DNA of 64,000 bases from assembly GCA_045545475.1 (NCBI GenBank), contig JAZQAZ010000019.1:12169-76168 (forward strand), in the 5' to 3' direction. Within the stretch, counting starts at the first letter, position 1, and every line of letters begins with the position of its first letter. The notes below the pieces were generated by a model. The model ran no database searches. It was not told where the DNA came from and was given only the letters and a program-made list of their open reading frames with translations. This DNA is from Clostridia bacterium. Lineage in GTDB: Bacteria > Bacillota > Clostridia > CAKSNL01 > HGM11501. Position numbers and translations under genes: made by a program. Below are positions 38,205 through 48,515 of this stretch, piece by piece.

Positions 38205-41200
38205 ATGGCAAGAAAAATGAAGACTATGGACGGTAACAACGCTGCCGCTTGGGCGTCTTATGCGTTTACCGACGTAGCCGCAATCTATCCTATTACTCCT
38301 TCTTCTGTTATGGCTGAAGTAACAGACGAATGGGCAGTAGAAGAAAGAAAGAACATTTTCGGACAGCCTGTTAAGGTAGTTGAAATGCAGTCCGAAGCAG
38401 GTGCAGCAGGTGCTGTACACGGTTCACTCGGAGCAGGTGCTCTCACCACAACTTATACAGCTTCTCAGGGTCTTCTTCTTATGATCCCCAATATGTATAA
38501 GATGGCAGGTGAATTACTTCCCTCTGTTATCCATGTAAGTGCAAGATGCGTAGCTTCTCATGCCCTTAACATTTTCGGTGACCACTCCGACGTTATGGCA
38601 TGCCGTCAGACCGGTTATGCTATGCTTTGCTCCAACAGCCCCCAGGAAGTTATGGACTTAGGTGCTGTTGCTCACCTTGCAGCAATCAAGGGAAGAGTAC
38701 CCTTCCTTCACTTCTTTGACGGTTTCAGAACTTCTCACGAAATCGAAAAGATCGAAGTATGTGATTATGAAGACCTTAAAGAAATGGTTGATATGGACGC
38801 TCTTCAGGAATTCAGAAACGGCTCCTTAAACCCCGAGCATCCTGTTTTAAGAGGTTCTGCTCAAAACCCCGACATCTTCTTCCAGAACAGAGAAGCTTGT
38901 AATAAATATTATGACAACGTTCCCGCAGTAGTAGAAGAATACCTTGCAAAGGTAAACGCTAAGATCGGCACAAACTACGGTCTTGTTAACTACTATGGTG
39001 CTCCCGATGCTGAAAAGGTATTGGTTGCCATGGGTTCTGTTTGCGAAACAATCGAAGAAACAGTTGATTATTTAACTGCAAAGGGCGAAAAGGTTGGTCT
39101 TATCAAGATTCACCTTTACAGACCTTTCCCTGTTGATGCATTCTTAAAGGCAGTTCCTGCTACATGTAAGAAGATTGCAGTTCTCGACAGAACAAAGGAA
39201 CCCGGTTCCATCGGTGAACCCTTATATCTTGACGTTTGCGCTTGCTACAACGGCATGACAGACGTTCCCATGATCATTGGCGGAAGATACGGCCTTGGTT
39301 CTAAGGACACAGTTCCCGCTGACATCATCGCAGCTTACAGAAACTTAGATGCTGAAAAGCCCGTTAAGGGATTCACTCTTTCCATCGAAGACGACGTAAC
39401 AAACCTTTCTCTTGCACGTGTTGAAAATCCCGACACATCTGCTGAGGGCAACACATCCTGTAAGTTCTGGGGTCTTGGTTCCGACGGTACAGTTGGTGCT
39501 AACAAGAACTCCATCAAGATTATCGGTGACCACACAGACCTCTTTGCTCAGGCATATTTCTCATATGACTCCAAGAAGTCCGGCGGTATCACAGTATCTC
39601 ACTTAAGATTCGGTAAGAAGCCCATCAAGTCTACTTACCTCATCAATAAGGCTAACTTCGTTGCCTGCCACAATCCTTCTTATGTTGATAAGTACGATAT
39701 GGTAGAAGACCTTGTGCCCGGTGGAAGCTTCCTTCTTAACTGTGCTTGGGATGTTGAAGAACTCTCTAAGAGACTTCCCGGTAAGATGAAGAAGTTCATC
39801 GCTGAAAACGACATCAACTTCTACACAATCGATGCTATCGGCATTGCTAAGGAACTTGGTCTTGGCAATAAGACTTCTATCGTGCTCCAGTCTGCATTCT
39901 TCAAGATTGCTAACGTAATTCCCTTCGAGGATGCTGTTGGCTACATGAAGGACGCTGTTGTTAAGTCCTTCGGTGCGAAGGGTGAAAAGATTGTAAGCAT
40001 GAACCACGCTGCAATCGCAGAAGGCGAAAAGAACATCAAGAAGATTGAAGTTCCCGCTGACTGGAAGAACGCTACAGACGAAGCTAAGGTTGAAGCTGAC
40101 GTTCCCGAATTCGTTAAGAATATCCAGATGCCCTGTAACGCACAGGCAGGTGACAAGCTTCCCGTATCTACATTTATGGGTATGGTTGACGGTCATATGC
40201 CTCAGGGTAGCGCAGCATACGAAAAGAGAGGTATCGCTGTTGACGTTCCCGTTTGGGATAACACAAAGTGTATCCAGTGTAACCAGTGTTCTGTTGCTTG
40301 TCCTCACGCTGCAATCCGTCCTATCGCATTAAATGCTGACGAAGTTGCAAAGGCTCCTGCTAACCTTAAGCATAAGCCCATGACAGGCAAGAAGGAATAC
40401 GAGTTCACAATGGCTATTTCTGTTCTCGACTGTTCCGGATGCGGAAACTGCGTAAAGGTTTGTCCCGAAAAGGTTCAGGCTCTTTCCATGGCTCCCATCG
40501 ATACACAGAGAGATCAGCAGGCTTGCTTCGACTATGCAGTTAAGGAAGTTACAACCAAGGAAGACCTCTTAAGCCTTCCTCTCAACGTTAAGAACTCTCA
40601 GTTCCGTCAGCCTCTCCTTGAATTCTCCGGCGCTTGTGCAGGCTGCGGTGAAACACCTTATGCTAAGCTTATCACTCAGATCTGCGGTGACAGAGCTTAC
40701 ATCTCCAACGCTACAGGATGCTCCTCTATCTGGGGCGGTAGTGCACCGTCTACTCCTTACACAACCAACTATAAGGGACACGGTCCTGCTTGGGCTAACT
40801 CCTTGTTCGAGGATAACGCTGAGCACGGTTTAGGTATGGCAGTTGCTAATAAGCAGCTTCGTTCCAGACTTGCTGAGCAGGTTAAGGCTATTGACGATGC
40901 AGCTGTTAAGGCAGCAGCAGAAACTTGGTTTGCAACCTATGAAGACGGCGACGCTAACGGTGCTGCAACAGATGCGTTAATCGCAGCTCTTGAAGCAAAC
41001 GGCTCTGCAGAGGCTAAGGCAATCCTTGAAAACAAGGAATTCCTTTCCAAGAAGGCTATCTGGATCTTCGGTGGTGACGGTTGGGCATACGATATCGGTT
41101 TCGGCGGTCTTGACCACGTAATCGCTTCCGGTGAAGATGTAAACATCATGGTATTTGATACAGAAGTTTACTCCAACACAGGCGGACAGGCTTCCAAGGC

Positions 41201-41705
41201 TACACCCACAGGTGCAGTTGCTCAGTTCGCAGCAGGCGGTAAGCCCATCACAAAGAAGAACCTTGCTGAAATCGCAATGTCTTACGGTTATGTATACGTA
41301 GCTCAGATCGCTCTCGGTTACGATATGGCTCAGTCTGTAAAGGCTATTAAGGAAGCTGTAAGCTACAACGGTCCTTCTATCATCATCGGTTATGCTCCCT
41401 GTATCAACCACGGTATCAAGGGCGGTATGACAAATACTCAGAACGTTATCAAGAATGCAGTTATGGCAGGTTACTGGCATACATTCAGATACGACCCCAG
41501 GCTCAAGGAAGAGGGTAAGGTTCCCTTCCAGATGGATTCCAAGGATCCTTCTACTTCCTACAGAGACTTCATCATGAACGAGGTTCGTTACAGCTCTCTT
41601 GCTCGTAAGTTCCCCGAAAAGGCTGAAGAGCTCTTCGCTGAGGCTGAAAAGCAGGCTAAGGCTAAGTATGAGCACTGGACAAAGTACGGTAAGCTCTACG
41701 AATAA
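38205..41705 (+). CDS. nifJ: Pyruvate:ferredoxin (flavodoxin) oxidoreductase
   Basis: YPITPSS, EMQSEAGAAG, two CxxCxxCxxxCP clusters, GACAGCGE, GGDGWAYDIG; strong codon bias. Confidence 0.97.
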   Translation: MARKMKTMDGNNAAAWASYAFTDVAAIYPITPSSVMAEVTDEWAVEERKNIFGQPVKVVEMQSEAGAAGAVHGSLGAGALTTTYTASQGLLLMIPNMYKMAGELLPSVIHVSARCVASHALNIFGDHSDVMACRQTGYAMLCSNSPQEVMDLGAVAHLAAIKGRVPFLHFFDGFRTSHEIEKIEVCDYEDLKEMVDMDALQEFRNGSLNPEHPVLRGSAQNPDIFFQNREACNKYYDNVPAVVEEYLAKVNAKIGTNYGLVNYYGAPDAEKVLVAMGSVCETIEETVDYLTAKGEKVGLIKIHLYRPFPVDAFLKAVPATCKKIAVLDRTKEPGSIGEPLYLDVCACYNGMTDVPMIIGGRYGLGSKDTVPADIIAAYRNLDAEKPVKGFTLSIEDDVTNLSLARVENPDTSAEGNTSCKFWGLGSDGTVGANKNSIKIIGDHTDLFAQAYFSYDSKKSGGITVSHLRFGKKPIKSTYLINKANFVACHNPSYVDKYDMVEDLVPGGSFLLNCAWDVEELSKRLPGKMKKFIAENDINFYTIDAIGIAKELGLGNKTSIVLQSAFFKIANVIPFEDAVGYMKDAVVKSFGAKGEKIVSMNHAAIAEGEKNIKKIEVPADWKNATDEAKVEADVPEFVKNIQMPCNAQAGDKLPVSTFMGMVDGHMPQGSAAYEKRGIAVDVPVWDNTKCIQCNQCSVACPHAAIRPIALNADEVAKAPANLKHKPMTGKKEYEFTMAISVLDCSGCGNCVKVCPEKVQALSMAPIDTQRDQQACFDYAVKEVTTKEDLLSLPLNVKNSQFRQPLLEFSGACAGCGETPYAKLITQICGDRAYISNATGCSSIWGGSAPSTPYTTNYKGHGPAWANSLFEDNAEHGLGMAVANKQLRSRLAEQVKAIDDAAVKAAAETWFATYEDGDANGAATDALIAALEANGSAEAKAILENKEFLSKKAIWIFGGDGWAYDIGFGGLDHVIASGEDVNIMVFDTEVYSNTGGQASKATPTGAVAQFAAGGKPITKKNLAEIAMSYGYVYVAQIALGYDMAQSVKAIKEAVSYNGPSIIIGYAPCINHGIKGGMTNTQNVIKNAVMAGYWHTFRYDPRLKEEGKVPFQMDSKDPSTSYRDFIMNEVRYSSLARKFPEKAEELFAEAEKQAKAKYEHWTKYGKLYE

Positions 41706-41718
41706 GATTAATAAAAAT

Positions 41719-41750
41719 AAAGCGTTTCTTCTGAAACGCTTTGTTTTTTT
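41719..41750 (+). terminator. Intrinsic terminator
   Basis: AAAGCGTTTC-TTCT-GAAACGCTTT followed by T tract. Confidence 0.8.
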
Positions 41751-41790
41751 GTCACCGAGGTGCTGTTACTCAGACAATAAGTCATTATAT

Positions 41791-42010
41791 GTTAGCTTGC
41801 GACCGGAAAATCTTTTTTTACAAGCCTTCGTCCTATCAGGAGGCTCTTCACTCCGCCTGAAGGCAAAGTTTAGGATGACATTATAGAGTTAGTCATCCTT
41901 CTGCCGCATTGTCATTCTGAGTTGCAGGAGTTTTTTAACGCAGAAAACGAAGAATCCCATCCTCTGAAAATCTAAATTCTTTGGAGATTCTTCGCTCCGC
42001 CTGACATCTT
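41791..42010. repeat. Degenerate REP-like palindromic repeat cluster
   Basis: GGAGGCTCTTCACTCCGCCTGA (41839) / GGAGATTCTTCGCTCCGCCTGA (41983); GTCATTCTGAG..CGAAGAATC..GATTCTTCG; AGGATGAC..GTCATCCT hairpin. Confidence 0.6.
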
Positions 42011-42130
42011 CGTTAAGAAAATAATTGTGAAAAAATTAACATTTATTTTAAATAAATTTATTGACGGGGGAATATAATTAATGGTAAAATAAAGTTAAAC
42101 AATATTGCATTTTAAGAAAGGCGTGATTTA

Positions 42131-45100
42131 ATGAAAAAATCAAGAAAATTAACAGCGTGGGTTTTAAGCCTTGTTATGCTTGTTTCCCTCATTCCGGGCG
42201 TTACGCTGACCGCAAGTGCGGCAACAACAAGTGGCACTACAGGCGAATGTACCTGGACATTTGACGACAGCACAGGCACGCTGACCATCAGCGGCGAAGG
42301 CATAGTAGGCAATGAACAGTCGTGGATAGAGCATATAGATTCAATTACTTCAATCGTTATTGAAGATGGAATTACATATATTACCAACTATGCTTTTTGT
42401 GAATGCTCAAGCGTTAAGAGCGTCTCGCTTCCTACAAGCTTGACGAAGATTGGGAATTATGCTTTTACCGGCTGTTCAAATCTTGAAAGCATAACAATTC
42501 CCGCAAACGTGTCAACGATTGGAAATGCAGCTTTCTACGGATGCTCTTCTTTGACGACAGTAAACTATCTCGGTACGTCAGAACCTTCGACGATGGGTAG
42601 TTATGTTTTCGATGGATGCTCCTTAACCCACATTACCGTTTCGGAGGCTTATACGGGAAGCAGTTTTGGAGAACTGCCCATAGTGAAGAGTGGCTCTTCC
42701 ACACCTGTTACCTACACAGTAACTGTAAACACAAGTGCAAACGGCACAGTTGCAGCCAACGTTGATGAAGCGAAAGAGGGCGACACAGTTACTCTTATCG
42801 TAACACCTGCAACAGGATACGAGCTTGATACACTTAGCGTTAAGGATGCTGACAGTGGTGATGTTACTGTTAACGACAATAAATTCACAATGCCTGCAAA
42901 AAACGTTACTGTTACCACTACATTTAAGGCGGTAACTCCTGCTACTTATACCGTAAGCTTCAACGCAAACGGCGGTAGCGGTGAGATGGATGACCAGACA
43001 ATAACTTCGGGCGTTGCAACCGCACTTTCAGAAAACACCTTCACAAGAGATAAATACACATTTAAGGGTTGGGCAACCTCAGCAAACGGTTCTGTTACAT
43101 ATACAGACAAGGAGTCAGTTACTGACATTGCGATAGCAGATGGCAGCATTACACTTTACGCTGTCTGGGAATCAATTTATAAAAACTACCTTGTGAATTC
43201 TACAACCCTTTCTGATGTGCAGGATGTATTCAAAGACCTTGCAGAGGTAACAAAGACGGGGGATGTAATCACAATAAAGCTTCTTTCAGACATCACAGGC
43301 AGAATTGAGTTTAACGATATTGGCAGCGAATTCGTTATGGACTTAAACGGAAAGACTGTTGATGCAGGTTCTGTCATCCAGGAAGCACTCTGTCTGAATA
43401 ACAACTTCAGCGGCACCGTAACCGTAACCGGTAACGGTACTTTTACAAGCGGAAGCAATAATGTAATTTATAAATCTTTCAGAGCCACGCTTAAGTTTGC
43501 ACCAGCTGAAGGATATGATTGTTTTACACTTAAAGACGGCACAAGAAATGTACTGGCAAACGAGAATAATTTTGAAGCAACAAGCTTGACGGGCACCTAC
43601 AACAGAGGTACAAGCTATGTTCTTACACAAAAGATTCTTCCTGACTACACTGTAACGTTTGACGCAAACGGCGGCAGCGGCACTATGGCAAGTGTTACTG
43701 TTAAGGAGGGTAAGAAATATACCTTACCCGAAAACGGTTTTACCGCACAGACCGGTTACAGATTTGCAGGCTGGGATAAAGGTGCCGCGGGCGATGAAAT
43801 TACGGTTTCTTCCGATACCGCCATTAAGGCAGAGTGGGAGAAAATCCCCGCAGAAACACCGGGAATCACATCGGAGCCTCAGGGCTTTGATGGTGCTGCT
43901 GCCTTGACATATGGCGAAATCGGCACAGATAAAAAGTTAAGCGTCGAAACCGATGCCGATACAGATTTATACGATGTAGCATATCAGTGGTATAAAAACA
44001 CCGAAAGCTCCAAAGATGGTGCTGCTTTAATCGGAACATCCGATGAGCTTTCGATAGAAAGCAATCTTTCTGCAGGAGATTATTACTACTACTGCGTCAT
44101 TACCGTTACAAGAAAAGACAACGGTGAAGATACATCTGTCGAAACCGCATTGGTAAAGGTTACGGTTAATAAAGCCGATCCTTTGTATACTGTCCCCGAA
44201 GGGCTTGAAGCAATCTATGGCGATACCCTTTCGGATGTTATATTGCCTGCCGGATGGAGCTGGAAATTGGAAAGCTCGATGCCTGTAGGTGAAACGGGAA
44301 CAAACACCTTTGTTGCAGTATTCACGCCCGAAGACACAGAAAACTATAACACCATTGAAGCCGACGTTGATATAACTGTTGCAAGGCAGAAGGTTACAAT
44401 GCCTGTGGCAGATGCCACTACATTTACCTACAATGGACAGTTGCAAGTATATAAGATTACTGCAAACGATAACTATACCATTACAGACAACACGAGAACA
44501 GATGCAGGAAGTCAGACTGTTACGGTTTCGCTTAACTATCCCACAAATTATGAATGGACTGACGGCACTACGGATGATTTAACCTTCAATTTTGAAATAG
44601 GCAGAAAAGATATTTCCGATGCCGTAATCACTCTCGGCGAAGAACTTACCTATACAGGAGAAGAGCAGGAGAGAGATTTTACCGTAGCACCTCTTGAAGG
44701 ACTTACCATTACTTATGATGTTTCCGGAAACAAGGGAATAAATGCAGGGGATTATACGCTTACCCTGACAGGTAACGGCAATTTTAAGGGAACCGTTGAA
44801 AAGGCATGGGATATAAAAAAGGCGAACCATGCTATAAGCGATGAAGATATTCCTTCAGCGGAGCGTCTTGTAGCAGGAAAGCCGCTTTCTACATCGACTC
44901 TTACACCTTCTGAACTCTACGATGAAGGTGATAACCTTTTGGGTATATTCGTATGGGATGATGAGGATAGCACAATTGAAGAAAGCGGAACATATACAAA
45001 AACAGTAAGATTTATCCCTGAAGACAGCTTGAACTACAACGAGCAGACCTTTGAAGTAAGTATCAGAGTATTTATTAACGTTGGTAGTGTCGGCGGAGAC

Positions 45101-45934
45101 GAAACACGTTATTTCAACATTCAGTTTGAATCAAACGGCGGAAGCTATGTGAAGATTCAGAATGTTGAAGAAGGATCTAGAGTCAAAGAACCTGCCGAAC
45201 CCACAAAGGAAGGCTTTATCTTTGACGGCTGGTATACCAATAAGAAGCTTACCGATGAATATAACTTCAAAAACAAAGTTGATGAAGGCTTTATTCTTTA
45301 TGCAAAGTGGGTAGAAGAAGAGATAAAGGATGAGAATAAAGAGGAAGAGGAAGATAAGGATAAGAATGAACACGATTGTCCTTCTGAGGCCTTTGATGAT
45401 CTTGATTCAGATGCGTGGTATCATTCTGACATTGACTTCGTTCTTTCAGAAGGTCTTATGAAGGGAATGAGCGAGGATAGCTTTGAACCTTCTCTTAACC
45501 TTACCAGAGCAATGCTAGTAACTATTCTTTACCGACTTGAAGGAGAGCCTGCTACTAACAGAAGCATACCTTTCAGTGATGTAGATATGGGTTCGTACTA
45601 TGCAAATGCGGTATCATGGGCAAAGCAGAACGGTATTGTAATGGGTGTAACAGAAAACGAATTTGCTCCCGATGAAAATGTAACAAGAGAGCAGATTGCG
45701 ACAATCATGTTCCGCTATGCAGTTTTTAAGGGAATGAACGCTGTTACAATGGAAGAAAATCTTCATTTTGATGATACGGAAGAAATTTCCGAGTATGCAA
45801 TTTCCGCACTTAACTGGGCGGTAGGAACAGGACTTATAAAGGGCAGAGGCGAAAACACCCTGGCACCAAAGGAAAACGCGACGAGAGCCGAAATCGCGGC
45901 AATCCTTCACAGATTTATAGAATCTGATAAATAA
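42131..45934 (+). CDS. S-layer-anchored surface protein: BspA-type LRRs, InlB-B/Flg_new repeats, Ig-like domains, 3 SLH domains
   Basis: Signal peptide; IEDGITYITNYAF..LPTSLTKIGNYAF; YTVSFNANGGSG repeats; LTRAM, VTREQ and ATRAE SLH motifs. Confidence 0.88.
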   Translation: MKKSRKLTAWVLSLVMLVSLIPGVTLTASAATTSGTTGECTWTFDDSTGTLTISGEGIVGNEQSWIEHIDSITSIVIEDGITYITNYAFCECSSVKSVSLPTSLTKIGNYAFTGCSNLESITIPANVSTIGNAAFYGCSSLTTVNYLGTSEPSTMGSYVFDGCSLTHITVSEAYTGSSFGELPIVKSGSSTPVTYTVTVNTSANGTVAANVDEAKEGDTVTLIVTPATGYELDTLSVKDADSGDVTVNDNKFTMPAKNVTVTTTFKAVTPATYTVSFNANGGSGEMDDQTITSGVATALSENTFTRDKYTFKGWATSANGSVTYTDKESVTDIAIADGSITLYAVWESIYKNYLVNSTTLSDVQDVFKDLAEVTKTGDVITIKLLSDITGRIEFNDIGSEFVMDLNGKTVDAGSVIQEALCLNNNFSGTVTVTGNGTFTSGSNNVIYKSFRATLKFAPAEGYDCFTLKDGTRNVLANENNFEATSLTGTYNRGTSYVLTQKILPDYTVTFDANGGSGTMASVTVKEGKKYTLPENGFTAQTGYRFAGWDKGAAGDEITVSSDTAIKAEWEKIPAETPGITSEPQGFDGAAALTYGEIGTDKKLSVETDADTDLYDVAYQWYKNTESSKDGAALIGTSDELSIESNLSAGDYYYYCVITVTRKDNGEDTSVETALVKVTVNKADPLYTVPEGLEAIYGDTLSDVILPAGWSWKLESSMPVGETGTNTFVAVFTPEDTENYNTIEADVDITVARQKVTMPVADATTFTYNGQLQVYKITANDNYTITDNTRTDAGSQTVTVSLNYPTNYEWTDGTTDDLTFNFEIGRKDISDAVITLGEELTYTGEEQERDFTVAPLEGLTITYDVSGNKGINAGDYTLTLTGNGNFKGTVEKAWDIKKANHAISDEDIPSAERLVAGKPLSTSTLTPSELYDEGDNLLGIFVWDDEDSTIEESGTYTKTVRFIPEDSLNYNEQTFEVSIRVFINVGSVGGDETRYFNIQFESNGGSYVKIQNVEEGSRVKEPAEPTKEGFIFDGWYTNKKLTDEYNFKNKVDEGFILYAKWVEEEIKDENKEEEEDKDKNEHDCPSEAFDDLDSDAWYHSDIDFVLSEGLMKGMSEDSFEPSLNLTRAMLVTILYRLEGEPATNRSIPFSDVDMGSYYANAVSWAKQNGIVMGVTENEFAPDENVTREQIATIMFRYAVFKGMNAVTMEENLHFDDTEEISEYAISALNWAVGTGLIKGRGENTLAPKENATRAEIAAILHRFIESDK

Positions 45935-45938
45935 TTTT

Positions 45939-45996
45939 AAAGGAGCTGTATTTACAGCTCCTTTTTCTTGACAAACAGCCCAAATTATGCCATAAT
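45939..45996 (+). terminator. Terminator followed by galT promoter
   Basis: AAAGGAGCTGTA-TT-TACAGCTCCTTT, then TTGACA-17-CATAAT. Confidence 0.75.
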
Positions 45997-46031
45997 ATTA
46001 AAGTTAGAAATTTAACAAGCGGGGGACGGAA

Positions 46032-47525
46032 ATGATTAATAAAAGCATAAAAAAACTTGTTACATACGGGATAGAAAAAGAACTTATAGAAAAAGAAGAT
46101 AAGATATATATAACCAATCAGATTATGGCACTTCTTAACCTTTCGGAATATGACGAGCCGGAAGAGGATTTTTCGGAGATTAATCTCCGGGAGACTCTAG
46201 AAGAAATTTTGGATTTTGCAGTAAAAAACGGCATTGTCGAAGACAGTATCGTATACCGGGATTTATTTGACACAAAAATTATGGGCGTTCTTACTGAAAG
46301 ACCTTCGGAAGTCATCAAAAAATTCAATGCATTACGCGAAGAATCGGGAGAAAAGGCGACAGATTGGTTTTATAAATTTTGTCAGGACACCGATTATATA
46401 AGACGCTACAGAATTAAAAAGGACGTAAAATGGGTTACGGAAAGCAAATATGGAGATATTGATATAACAATTAATCTTTCCAAACCCGAAAAAGATCCCA
46501 AGGCAATTGCTGCAGCAAAATTAAAAAAGCAGACCGGATACCCCAAATGTCAGCTTTGCAGAGAAAGCGAAGGCTATGCCGGAAACGAAAGTTTTCCTGC
46601 AAGGGAAAATCATAGAATTATACCGATTACGGTAAACGGAAAGCCATGGTGCTTCCAGTATTCGCCTTATGTTTATTATAACGAGCATTGCATAGTGTTT
46701 AATTCCGAGCATACGCCTATGCAGATTAATCCTGATACATTCAGAAAGCTTTTATCCTTTGTAGAGCAGTTTCCCCATTATTTTGTGGGTTCTAATGCGG
46801 ATTTGCCTATTGTGGGCGGCTCTATTCTTACTCACGATCACTTCCAGGGCGGAAGGTATGAATTTGCTATGGCGAAAGCACCTATAGAAGAAAAGATAGA
46901 ATTTACAGGCTTTTCAGATATAGAAGCAGGGATTGTAGTCTGGCCTATGGCAACAATAAGACTCCGTAGCAAAGATAAAGACAGAATATGTCTTCTTGCA
47001 GATAAAATTCTTGCTTCATGGAGAGTTTACACTGATGAGGAAGCATTTATATTCGCAGAAACAGACGGAGAACCTCATAATACTATAACACCCATAGCAA
47101 GAATGAAGGACGGTCTTTTTGAACTTGACCTTGTTCTTCGTAATAATATAACAACTGCGGAGCATCCTTTGGGATTATATCATCCCCATTCGGAACTTCA
47201 CAATATTAAGAAAGAAAATATTGGCCTTATCGAAGTTATGGGACTTGCGGTTCTTCCTGCAAGACTCAAGGAAGAACTCAGCTTGGTAGGAGAATTCATC
47301 GTTTCGGGAAAGAACCTTGCATCCGATGAGCGTACCGCAAAGCACGAAGATTGGGTTAATAGTTTTCTTGGCAATTATAACAACATTACCGCCGAAAACG
47401 TTGACTCTGTAATAAGAGACGAAGTCGGTAAGGTATTTATAAAAGTTTTAGAGCATGCCGGAGTTTATAAATGCACTAAAGAGGGAAGGAAAGCTTTCCG
47501 TAGGTTTACTGAATCTGTAAAATAA
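46032..47525 (+). CDS. galT: UDP-glucose--hexose-1-phosphate uridylyltransferase (type II)
   Basis: ITINLSKPEKDPK, YPKCQLC, QYSPYVYYNEH, SNADLPIVGGSILTHDHFQGG, IKKENIGLIEVMG. Confidence 0.95.
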   Translation: MINKSIKKLVTYGIEKELIEKEDKIYITNQIMALLNLSEYDEPEEDFSEINLRETLEEILDFAVKNGIVEDSIVYRDLFDTKIMGVLTERPSEVIKKFNALREESGEKATDWFYKFCQDTDYIRRYRIKKDVKWVTESKYGDIDITINLSKPEKDPKAIAAAKLKKQTGYPKCQLCRESEGYAGNESFPARENHRIIPITVNGKPWCFQYSPYVYYNEHCIVFNSEHTPMQINPDTFRKLLSFVEQFPHYFVGSNADLPIVGGSILTHDHFQGGRYEFAMAKAPIEEKIEFTGFSDIEAGIVVWPMATIRLRSKDKDRICLLADKILASWRVYTDEEAFIFAETDGEPHNTITPIARMKDGLFELDLVLRNNITTAEHPLGLYHPHSELHNIKKENIGLIEVMGLAVLPARLKEELSLVGEFIVSGKNLASDERTAKHEDWVNSFLGNYNNITAENVDSVIRDEVGKVFIKVLEHAGVYKCTKEGRKAFRRFTESVK

Positions 47526-47542
47526 ATGTAAGGAGTATAAAA

Positions 47543-48481
47543 ATGAAAAAATTAGTGGTAGGAATAATAACTTTACTAGCCTTGCTTGCGATTTATACTG
47601 TTGGGATTTGTGCCGAACAAAAAACCGTGAATGTAGGAGCGTTAAAAGTAGTTGGATACGATTCTCATTCGTTGAACGAGGAAACAAATGCCAGAGGCGA
47701 AAAAATTCTGGTAAATAAAATATGCATGAATTACGGGGGAAGCATATCAACTCTTTATGACGGTGATATGTATGTCACTTGTCACTATAAGTGGGATTCG
47801 TCAAGACCCGAATACACAGCTTCTTACAATCATGGAGCAAAGCCTACAACAGAAGACTGTTCGGTATACACAAGTCTCTATACCTTAGGCATATCTTGCT
47901 CTAATGTGTCCAGAAAAGACGGAGTATTTGCTGCAGGTTATACCTGGACGTTCAAGGACAAAGGTTACACCCCTCATATCATCATTGTGGAATGTAACGG
48001 ACGGGAATATTATTATTCAATTAAGTTTAAATACGGAAGTATTTTGCTTGAAAATTACGCCTATCCGTCTAATTCGAAACTTATTGTTAACGGGAACGAA
48101 GTTTCGTGCGGAGCGTATAAGATTATTGGAAATAATTATTTTAAAATCCGAGATATTGCACAGATGCTGAAAGGAACCAATGCACAGTTTTCCGTGGAAT
48201 GGGATGATAATCTTAAGGCTATAAATCTTGTTTCGGGAGGAATTTACCAAAGTCTTGGTAATGAATTGGCGGCGGTGCCAATCAAAGATAAGAAAACCGC
48301 AAAGTTTCCTCCTCCCAGTCTTTACAAAGACGGTATAGCCGAAGTTGTCAGAAGTTATAATATAGATGGCAGTAATTATTTCAAATTAAGAGATATAGGA
48401 ATGATTTTTAATTTTTATATCGGCTGGGATGAAGTTACAAACTGCATTACTATAGACACAACGAAACCTTATACAGAATAA
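47543..48481 (+). CDS. Secreted hypothetical protein with C-terminal stalk-like cell-surface domain
   Basis: Signal peptide; duplicated AY.I.GNNYFK.RDI..WD motif. Confidence 0.6.
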   Translation: MKKLVVGIITLLALLAIYTVGICAEQKTVNVGALKVVGYDSHSLNEETNARGEKILVNKICMNYGGSISTLYDGDMYVTCHYKWDSSRPEYTASYNHGAKPTTEDCSVYTSLYTLGISCSNVSRKDGVFAAGYTWTFKDKGYTPHIIIVECNGREYYYSIKFKYGSILLENYAYPSNSKLIVNGNEVSCGAYKIIGNNYFKIRDIAQMLKGTNAQFSVEWDDNLKAINLVSGGIYQSLGNELAAVPIKDKKTAKFPPPSLYKDGIAEVVRSYNIDGSNYFKLRDIGMIFNFYIGWDEVTNCITIDTTKPYTE

Positions 48482-48515
48482 AAATGTATCCGTTCGAAAG
48501 AACGGATACATTTTT
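48480..48515. terminator. Bidirectional intrinsic terminator
   Basis: AAAAATGTATCCGTTC-GAAA-GAACGGATACATTTTT between convergent genes. Confidence 0.85.

Noticed and set aside
39335-41675. Long antisense ORFs (up to 234 aa) within nifJ, and similar ones in GH2, A3 and B4
   Set aside because: Shadow frames expected from the codon bias of the sense gene; no RBS or recognisable motifs
41791-42010. CRISPR array
   Set aside because: Only two degenerate units, no regular repeat-spacer period, and no cas genes
42025-42042. Rex-like palindrome TTGTGAAAAAATTAACAT
   Set aside because: Single imperfect match in very AT-rich DNA, upstream of a surface-protein gene rather than a redox gene
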